Positions 21,154 to 30,700 of a DNA stretch of 64,000 bases are shown in pieces. The position numbers and the translations under genes are program-made. Under the pieces are notes generated by a model. It saw nothing but the letters and a program-made list of their open reading frames with translations, did not search any database and was not told the DNA's origin. This stretch comes from Mayamaea pseudoterrestris. Lineage: Eukaryota. How positions within the stretch are numbered: the first letter of the stretch is position 1; every line of letters begins with the position of its first letter. The stretch spans positions 806,001-870,000 of the forward strand of contig BROI01000006.1 in NCBI GenBank assembly GCA_027923505.1, written 5' to 3'.

Positions 21154-23517
21154 CTATTGGCCGTCGGTTCTACGACGTCGTGGTTTTGTAGCTGCCGCAG
21201 GTTGTTGCGATGGTACTGTAGTGACCGGCGCACGCCGTCGCCCCTTGCTCGATGCAAGTTCCTGCCGCCGGCGTTGATCAACCACTCGCTCCTTTTCCTC
21301 CTCAGTCAAGCCGGGAGGAACAAAAAGATGCGTTGTGCCGGGAACATTACGGCGGCGCTCAGCGTTCGACAAGAGGTCCTGGCCGGCAGCGTCGGCAGAA
21401 ATAACCTTGTTGACAGTGTCCAGTAGCAAATCGGCTTCAATGAATGGAATTTGGACAACTGCTTCCCATCCTTGTCGCTTGCCATTAGCATCAGACTGAA
21501 AGTCATTGGGATAATACTCCGTCAAGGGTGACGAAGGGTGTATCATGAGCTCAGCGAGTGGTTTCGGGAGCAGACTTGCAGATTGTGGAGGAAGCACTGA
21601 AAGCAACTGAGCAAGGCTGTTAAATGGCGTGCCCTTTTCAAAAGCAAAACGGCAATATCCTTCCTCATCCGCTTGATCATAAAACTCGTGCAGATTGACC
21701 ATGTCTGTACATAGGGGCGCATATAAGTACGGGAAGAACCAGTTCCATGACATGCATCCGTGATGATAGTAATTCAGACACCAATGCAAGCCTTCCAAAT
21801 ATTCGCGGACATGCTCTCGGCGACGATATAGTGTCCGGCTACGGTCCTGAGGCTTCCAACCGAGCTTCGATTCGTAATAAAAGTCGCGATACGATCTGCA
21901 CAGATTGTCTGGATGACGATTGCGAAATGCTCGGTTCCCGGTCGGCGCCATTGGAAGCGCTTCCGGTGCTGGCACTTCGCTTCCTTTGCGATTGGCAAGC
22001 GCCGCCGCCGGTGGAGTCGGTTTGCCGCTAAAGTGCGTTCCGTAAAAGTCCTCTTCTTCATCCTCGTCTTCGCTCGTTAGCTTCCATCCGGGTTCATTCT
22101 CCTCCAATCCGCGACGCTTAAAATGTTCCTCTTCATAGACAGCCAAATTATACAGCAGCTGCTCCAATCGTTGCGGGTGAATCATATCCTCCTTTGTCAG
22201 ATATCCACCCCAATCCGGCATGAGTTCCATGTAGCTTCCAGTCATGAGCGACAAGGCTCCTCCGTCAATCTCCAAGTGCGGCGTATGCGGGAGGAAGTCG
22301 TTTCCGACAAGCATACACATGAACACAAAGTCGTCCACAATACGATCCAAATCATACTTGACCTTGAGTTTGCCTTGCTCGGCGAGCTGCTGAAATTGCA
22401 AACCAAGCATTTCTCGCAGCAAATTCAACTCCAATAGCTCAAAATCGTTATTGTTGTAATCAAGCATATCCTTCTTTTTGCGATACTTGGATCGTCCACG
22501 ACCAGCCATGACGACGGACATTTTCTCGCGCAACAGCATAAACTTTGGCTCGTGCGTGATTAACCCAAGCATGATGAGATCAGCATCCAAACCGTACAAA
22601 ACGTGGGAATAGCCGGGCTTCCAGTGCCCGCGGGTTGCTGCAACGCTTTCCACGCCATGGCCCCTGGCTTGGTAGTAGGCTTCTTTTGATTCGCGGATAA
22701 AATCCATGACCTTGTGCTCGCCCTCACCTGGAACATCGGGTCCACTCACAATGACATCGGCTCCGTCCTTCCAAAATGAATCGCTGCATAACAAGCACAA
22801 GTATACTAGTGTCAGGATCGATCAAAAGACAAAAGTTTGAAATAAATTTCGACTGCAGTCAGTTACTCACGTTTCCATTTTAAATTCAACCCACTTGCGC
22901 ATTGCCAGAGACAGTTTCAGCATGAAATCCGTCCCCGGCGTAATGCAGTTGCTGTCAAATCGATTCGACGTATCCAGTTTTCCATTGCGCGCCAACAGTT
23001 CGCCCGCCAGTTGCTCGGCCTCCTTGGCGGACCGAAAGCGGCGGGACCGTTGCTGGTTCATCTTGGCGCGCGGCGCCACGCCATCCACCGCCAAGTACAA
23101 GACTTTTTGCGGTCGTACCAATTTGTAGATGCGATCAACGTAGAGAAATATCTTTTTGAACATGGCAGTTTCGTCCAAAACAATGATTTCGTCGTTGTTG
23201 TTTCCATGCGTGGCTGGATGAATGATTCCGTTCATGTCGAGGTAAAAATTGTCAATCGACAAATCGTCGTTCAAGCCTTCCTCGAGTTGGCGACTCAGAA
23301 TGTCAGGATATTGATCAGTGAGCCAGCGAAACATTTTTGGAATACCAAATAGTGAAGTCGATGTATATGGTGCGCTTGATGAAACTTGATTATGTATTCT
23401 CTGCTTGTCCGTGATGGAGGTTGCGCCAATGTTTCGCTGCGGAAGAACAAACGCTGCCGTCGGCGCCATTGCCACGAAAATGGCGGCTGCCATCAGCGTG
23501 ACAGGAGATTGATACAT
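21154..23517 (-). CDS. XRN-family 5'-3' exoribonuclease with putative bipartite plastid presequence (exons 23517-22871, 22783-21154; 758 aa)
   Basis: GIPKMFRWL, YLDMNGIIH, AVDGVAPRAKMNQQRSRRF, FDSNCITPGT, PGEGEHK, YGLDADLI, GNDFLP, WFFPYLYAP, QLLSVLPP, GKRQGWEAVV. Intron 22870-22784 restores the frame. Confidence 0.92.
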
Positions 23518-23877
23518 GAGTAGCAATTGCGTAGCAAGGTATAAGAAGATTAAGTTCGATGCACAAGTTTTAGCAGCTTTGCAAGACAATCAGAGTAGGT
23601 CGAAAGTCGAATGATGGGATGTTGATCGCTTGGCTGTCGCAGCAGATGTTTCAGTACCGCTACGAGCTCACTCCGACACACTCGGGCACCTCTGTGAGAA
23701 ATTCGAAAAATGAAGTATGCAAACAAGCTACAAATACATAATCAATTTGAGGTATTAACCCGATTGTGCACTACGTATGTTTGGTCGTCAAGGCTCGCCG
23801 CCGCATGCGAGCCTCGTTCTCTGTTTCGGCCACGATTGCCATCCTCCTGCATCGAAGCCACCAACAAATTGTCCTCG

Positions 23878-24531
23878 TTACGCAGTCTTTTGTTTCAAAC
23901 TCTTTCGTTTCGATTTGACACCACTCAATCGCCTCTTGAAAGCAATTTGGTAGAACAAAATGGCGTTAATGACATGCGTCGACCAGCACAAGACGCACAG
24001 CTCCTTCAGCACCACGGTCAATTGGTAGGCCAGGAAGAGACTCGTCAGCATGGCCAGCGAGGAAACCAATGGATTCAAATATTTGCGAAAGGACGCCATG
24101 GGCATGTCGACAAAGAGCAATACCCATGAGTAGTACAAGAAACCAACAACAGCGTTTGGTAAGTCAAGCAAGCTGTCGCGCGGCACCAAGCCAGAGTAAC
24201 TCAGCAGTTTGCCGACTGGAAGTGTAAAGACGGTGCTGTTGTTGTATTGAAGAGAGTTTGTGAATGTGTGAGCAATAAATGTGTGAGATTGGCAGGTTCT
24301 TTGCTTTTCCTTGTGATTCGCTCTCAAGATTCGCTTGGCGTCTACTCATGACAAGAAAATTATCAAAACAATCTGTATTTTAACATACCTACAACTTGCC
24401 TGCAAGGCATCAATGTCACAAAGAGCCGTAAACTCCTCGCCAGGCCGCAAATGGTGCATTTTATATTCGACAAAAATGGCGTAGAGGGACAGAATCAAGC
24501 CGACAAAGGCAATGTTGCGAACAAACGACAT
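23878..24531 (-). CDS. Vitamin K epoxide reductase, VKORC1-like (exons 24531-24389, 24235-23878)
   Basis: ALCDI..ASCSTVF loop cysteines, PNAVVG, redox CxxC (LCVLCW), several hydrophobic helices. GT-AG intron 24388-24236. Confidence 0.88.
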
Positions 24532-25002
24532 GGTTTATCTGCGAAATGCGGTCTCGTATGCTGGTCTTTGATGTGATTCTACAAGTAAAGAGCTTTTGTT
24601 ACACTTTCCAAGTCTCAAGCCAGTGACATTAACGTTCGCTGACCTTTCTTGTTTGTGCTGTTTTTGCGCTGTTGTTGTTGCTGCGAAACAAAGAAGAAAA
24701 CGGACGATCCGCCATGGCCGCCGCGTCAGATCAGAACCGGTCAGACTGTAATAACACCAGTGTGACACGTCCATCCATCGCCCGCTTGATTGCGACAACC
24801 ACGAGATCCAATTCTTTGAAAGGCTGCTGCCAAGCAACAAGCCGAATCGATACATCATTGATCTTGCTTTTGTCGATTCTAGCAGGAAGATATTGCTTAA
24901 ACGTTACAAAGGAGCTATAACTGTAGACTGATCCTGATTGTAGAATTTGATCCATAGTTGATCAAGCAACAAAACAAAACAACTACACAGACAGATTCAC
25001 AA

Positions 25003-26164
25003 ATGTCGGGACGAGGCTTTCGAGGCGGCGGCGGCGGCGGTAGAGGACGAGGCGGTCGCGACGGAGGCGGTCGCGGCCGCGGAGGTGGTCGTGGATCACC
25101 GGGTGGTCGCGGTGGCTTTGGACGTGGCGGCGGCGGAGGTGAGCGATGTTGTTGCACATGAAAATGATTTTGCGCCTACGACGGAAGATCGAATGTCGAC
25201 CGGAGAGATTTGAGAGCAACTCCCAAACTCATTCATACTCTTTCCTTTTATTCAGGTCGCGACGGAGGCCGCGGTCGTGGCGGAGGTCGAGGTGGCCGCG
25301 ACGGTGGTCGTGGAGGTCGCGGGGGTGGTCGCGGCGGTGGCGGTGCCAAGGTGATTGTGGAACCTCATCGTCACGAGGGCATTTTCGTGGCGCGCGGCAA
25401 GGAGGATGCCTTGGTGACTCTCAACTCGACACCTGGTATTTCAGTCTATGGAGAAAAGAGAATTAGTGTGGAACTGCCGCCGGTTGGAGGAGATACTGTG
25501 GCGCAAAAGGTCGAGTACCGAGTTTGGAATCCATTCCGATCCAAGAGTAGGTCAAAGTGGACGTAGCACGACTTGGTTCATGCTGCAGCGATTTGCTCAC
25601 ATCTTCCTGCTTTTTCCCATGTTAGTTGCTGCTGCCGTTTTAGGAGGAGTCGACAATATCTGGATTAAACCCGGCTACAAGGTTCTCTACATTGGAGCTG
25701 CTGCCGGTACATCAGTGTCTCACGTTTCCGACATTGTGGGGCCAACAGGCGCCGTTTACGCCGTGGAGTTTAGTCACCGTCCCGGGCGAGACTTGCTGTC
25801 CGTCGCCAAGCAACGTACCAACATTGTCCCCATTATTGAAGATGCCAGACATCCGCTAAAATACCGCATGCTGATTGGTATGGTTGACACCGTATTTGCC
25901 GATGTCGCACAGCCTGATCAAGCTCGTATTGTTGCACTGAACAGTCACTACTTTTTGAAGAATGGAGGACATGCAGTCATTGCTATCAAGGCAAGTTGCA
26001 TTGACTCGACGGCGGCGCCGGAAGCAGTCTTTCAGAGAGAAGTTGCCAAGTTGAGCAAGGAAAACTTTAAACCGATGGAACAATTGACGCTGGAGCCGTA
26101 TGAGCGAGACCACGCAGTGCTGATTGCAGAGTACCGACCAAAGAAAAAGAAGGGCAGCGAGTAA
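25003..26164 (+). CDS. FBL: Fibrillarin, box C/D snoRNP 2'-O-methyltransferase (exons 25003-25138, 25256-25546, 25626-26164)
   Basis: RGG/GAR N-terminus, [45 protein letters not shown]; two GT-AG introns restore the frame. Confidence 0.96.
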
Positions 26165-26603
26165 AAAAGGCAGGAGCGCGGTGTGAGAATGGCCGACTTC
26201 TGACCACGGCGACAGATTAGTTTACGAAACATGTCGTCAGATTAAAGTTATGTATGAGAGAATAGTCAGTCTTGTAGCCTTTTCATTCCGTAGCGGAGCA
26301 TATACATGCTGCATAGGTTTCAGTCGAAGGGCCTACGTTCATCGTGTCGAGTATTTATGTATGCACACCTCGAACGAACGTATCGTTGAATGACTTTGAC
26401 AGCAACTCCTTCTTATAAACGGAATTCACGACGTATAAATGTAAATGTTTTAGTCAGTGAATACTACTATAGGCTAGTAAATTTGTGAATATATACGTTC
26501 ATGGCTCGCCGGCAACGATACAAATCTGCTTGACCCAGCTTTCACACCGAAACACCAGATCAAAGTGACTTCCATTCTCCTTTCAATTCCCATTCGCCAT
26601 GGT

Positions 26604-27298
26604 TTACGCATAGTTCAATCGAAAGATGCAGTTGTGTACCGAATACTGTCCCGGTCCAGTGGAAATGAGCTGGAAAAACTCGCAAAAGTGCAACGGATTG
26701 CCTCCATCAATGCGAAGGTTTCCAGTCACAAAAATGACAATGCAATTCTCCGTCGCCGAGGGCTGAACATCCGTCGACTTGATTTCGTGGGTGATCTTGC
26801 CCATGTTGGTGAGTTTCTGAACAATACTCTCCGCACCTTGGAATGGTTGTCCTTCAAAAGTCATCATGGAGTTTTGAGTCTGTAGCAGAGAGGATTGGCG
26901 AGAGTGCAATGGTAAGTGAAGAAGACGAAGAAAACAAGAACATTGACAAAGGCTTTACGGCGGTTGCGTGAGAACCGTGGTTGCTTGTCGCATGCCGCGC
27001 AGGGGGCCGGGGCCGTCATTTTATTCGCCGTCGAGCTTGCTTCTTTTGCTCAGCGAGCCGCGCGAAATAACCTTATCACAAGCGGACTGGTTCTCGCATC
27101 AAGCTACTTTACGCGCGGCGAGACTTGCGGAAGCGTCTGGGATAGTCGAGAAATTTTCCCAATGCTATTATCGTGGCCGCCACGCAACGAAACACACGCG
27201 GAGGTACTCACAAACAGCTGCGCCAACTGTTGCACATTGCTATCAAAAGTTTGATAGTAGTGCTGGACAAATGCATTAGCGACTTGCTCCGCAGACAT
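26604..27298 (-). CDS. NTF2: Nuclear transport factor 2 (exons 27298-27212, 26879-26604)
   Basis: AFVQHYYQTFD, SMMTFEGQPFQG, DVQPS, IFVTGNL, NCIFRLNYA. 332-nt intron 27211-26880. Confidence 0.93.
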
Positions 27299-27549
27299 GA
27301 TGGTAAATGGTTTCAGTAAAAGTAAAGGGAAGAAGAGAAAGTAGGAAGCAACGGGAGGGCGTGACGGCCTTGTTGTGGACGCATTCATCATCGTTGGGCG
27401 ACCGCTCGCTTCATCCGTGTCGTATTTATTAAAGCGGCACTGAAAACCCACGGCTGACTGGCTTAGGGCTAGGGTTTTGGCGTATCTCGCACTTCAACTT
27501 GTCGCGCCGCGCGAGCGCGCCTCGAAACGAAAGTCCAACGCGTGGCTTC

Positions 27550-27760
27550 TGTTGAGCATGGATGAGAACCCAAACCGAAGCGGCAGCGGTGACGTCACGA
27601 AGACGGTCACATTTAAGTAAGCGCGGTAAGCGGCAACCGAAGGAGTGGATCGAGGACGATCACTTCTTGGAGAAAATAAGTAAAGTGGTTTTATTGACTC
27701 TGTTCTGCTTAATCATTAGTGTCGCTTCAAGGGCGCGCAAGATATATTCTAGATCCAACA
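27550..27760 (+). repeat. 5' LTR
   Basis: Starts TGTTGAGC, ends TCCAACA; identical by eye to 32565-32775. Confidence 0.96.
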
Positions 27761-27774
27761 TTTTCTCCAAGAAG
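27760..27774 (+). promoter_or_regulatory. Non-tRNA primer-binding site, complementary to LTR segment 27663-27677
   Basis: ATTTTCTCCAAGAAG is the exact reverse complement of CTTCTTGGAGAAAAT inside the LTR; no TGG follows the LTR. Confidence 0.75.
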
Positions 27775-27787
27775 CGAGTGAAAAGAC

Positions 27788-30700
27788 ATGTCTTCGACGA
27801 GCAATACTCCGACGACAGGAGCGGCGTCGAGCGGTGGAGGTGCACCTCCCGCTCCGCCAGCAAGCGAAGGAAACCGACGCAACCGTCATTATCGTCGTGG
27901 GAATCGTGCTGGGAATCGTTCCGGGAATCAAGGCAATGGTAACAGACTCAACGGACCGAGTCGTGCGCCGAGTGGAAATTTCCAAGGAAGCGAGCCGACG
28001 CTCGCTGGATTCATCTACGACTATAACGGTTCGCGCGATCCCGATGGATTCATCCGTACGACGAACGAGATCATCACTTTCGTCGGGCGCTCCTACAAGA
28101 AATATACCAAGGAGCTGCTCAAGGGCATGCGCAACGTGGAACTGGAGATTCCTGACGAGCCTGCACGTCCAACGAAGGATGCCGACACGACGGACTCGGA
28201 CTGGTCCATAATGCTCGAGGAATACAAGGCCGACAAGAAAGAGCATGTCGAGCGCGTGCGTGTATACTCCGACTTCCTCGCTGGTCTCTACGCCGTGTTG
28301 CATGGACAATGCACGGAGCGTATGAAGGATCGTGTCAAGTCGCACGCCAAGTTCCGAGACGCCGAGGAGGACACGGACGGAATTAAGTTGCTGGCGATTA
28401 TCAAGGAGATCTCGCATACGTACGAAGGGCGCTGCAAACTTGTGGATCAAGTCGTGGACATTCAAGCTGAGTTGTTCGGACGTACTCAAGGAGCGCGCGA
28501 AAGCCTGCAGAAATATTACGAAAGCATGGTCACGCTGGCAGACGTGGCGAAGGCGGTTGGCGTCACGATGCACAACGAGATTGTGGCGTTGAACATTGCC
28601 AAGGATGACAATCGTAACAAGGCGAACAAGGAGGATATCAAGGCCGCCGAAGAGCTCGAGCTTGCGATGCTTTTCGTGCGTGGCGCAACGGGCGAATACG
28701 CTGGGTATTGCAAGCACTTGCGCAACTGCTACCTCGACGGGCACGACAACTTCCCGTTGACGATCCACGATGCATACAACATCATGCAGCGTCGTGAGCA
28801 TGCGGATGGAGAAGCCACGTTGCCAACGAACGAGGGCGTGGCGTTTCACACGACTGGTACAGCGCGTGACCCTCCCAGATGCTGGACCTGTCAACAGGTT
28901 GGTCATGTGCAGCGAGACTGTCCTACGAGAACGGAGTCTACGGAGAGTGCGCCGGCTGCAGAGGCTAGTGGGGCGCAGCACTTCACGCTGGGTAGCGAGG
29001 AAGAAAGCGATGACGACGATGAGGTCGGATACATGTTCGCGCAGCCGCCGAAGGTGAACATCTCGAAGAAGGCTGTGCTCTTGGACAATCAGTCGACAGT
29101 GGATCTGTTCTGCAACGCCAAGATGCTGACGAACATTCGCCCGGTGCCAACGTGGATGGTGATCAAGTGCAACGCTGGTACAGTAAGGACGAACATGATG
29201 GGCGACCTGGAGGGCTATGGTCCGGTGTGGTGGTATCCGCAGGGACTGGCGAACATTTTGAGTTTGGCGCAAGTCCGCAAGAAGTTTACCGTGGAGTATC
29301 TCATGCACGGCGTGGATCGTCCAATGTTCGTTGTGGAGAAGCCGGATGGTAAGCAGCGAGAGTTTGTCGAGACTGACTCTGGGCTGTATGTTTGCGAGAG
29401 CTTTTCGAAGGGCAAGCGCAGCGATGTCAAGGATGGAGTGGCGATGTTGACTACGGTAGACGATAACCGTACTAACTACACCAATGATGACTATTTACGC
29501 GCTGTTAGAGCTAGGGAACTGCAAATCAAAATTGGACGGCCAAGCCTCAAGGATTACCTGCGCATCGTTACTAGCAATCAGTTGCCGAACTGTCCTGTGA
29601 CGAAGGCCGACATCCTGGCTGCTGAGCACATCTTTGGACCAGATGTTGGCTCGTTAAAAGGAAAGACGACGCGTCGCGCGTCGCATCTGGTGAAGCCTGC
29701 GATTGTTGAGCAGCTTCCACCGGCTATCATGAGTCGCTATCGAGACGTTACTCTTTGTGCTGACATCATGTATATCAACAAAGTCCCTATGTTGGTGACG
29801 TTCTCCCGCAGCATTCGTTTTGCTACGGTTGAGGTGATTCAAAACCGTACGCTTCCGGTTATGTTGAAGGCAATCGAGTCTGTGTTGAAGATTTACGCAC
29901 GCGGTGGGTTCCGTGTCGTCGCGGCTCTGATGGATGGGGAGTTCGCTCCAATGCTTGGCGCGTTGGCTGATCTCGGAGTGGCGCTCAATGCGACATCTGA
30001 GGATGAACACGTTGGCGAAATTGAACGTTTTATCCGTGTCGTGAAAGAACGGGTGCGCGCGACATACAACACGTTGCCATTTAAGCACGTGCCGGCACGC
30101 TTGGTTATCGAAATGACGAAGTCTGCCGTGTTTTGGTTGAATGCGTTTCCGAACGAGCGTGGCATTTCGAAGGATCTCAGTCCACGCACTATTGTGACTG
30201 GTCAGACAGTTGACTTTAATCGGCATTGCAAGTATGAATTTGGTCAGTATGTGCAAACGCATGAGTCGCACAGCAATGACATGCAGGCGCGCACGATCGG
30301 TGCGCTGGCTCTGCGCCCGACTGGTAATGTGCAGGGTGGGTTTTATTTCCTCAGTTTGTCTTCGGGCAAAGTTCTGAATCGTGGGCACGCTACGCCTTTG
30401 CCCATGCCTGATGATGTCATTGAGCGCGTGCATCGTCTCGCTCGTCAACAGAAGGCCAATCCGGGCATCGTGTTCATGGACCGCCACCGTGTTGCGGAGG
30501 CTGCTGAGCCAGTCATGTGGCACGAAGATGACGCCGAGGATGATGATGACTCTGATTATGATGACGACGCTTCTCGCGGTGACGACGACTCTGCCGGCGG
30601 AAGCGAAGGAGTGAATGCGACCGATGACGACGACGACGACGACGATGGTGCTGACGGCGCAATCGAAGGAGTGCCGAACGACGAGGATGGTGAGGCCATT

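Noticed and set aside
27040..27110. TPP riboswitch or box C/D snoRNA in the NTF2 intron
   Set aside because: GCTGAG is present on the minus strand, but the remaining TPP core and a proper RTGATGA C box are not.
27463..27478. TTAGGGCTAGGGTTTT as telomere remnant or telomerase RNA template
   Set aside because: Only two imperfect units; at most a telo-box-like promoter motif upstream of NTF2.
27761..27780. Canonical tRNA-Met primer-binding site
   Set aside because: No TGG follows the LTR; the sequence matches the element's own LTR instead.
27562..27942. ORF starting in the LTR, repeated at 32577-32861
   Set aside because: It results from the LTR duplication; the two copies diverge at the LTR end and show no domain.
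27749..29308. 519-aa antisense ORF within the retrotransposon (also 29654-30946)
   Set aside because: Shadow of the codon-biased gag-pol frame, with no recognisable motifs.
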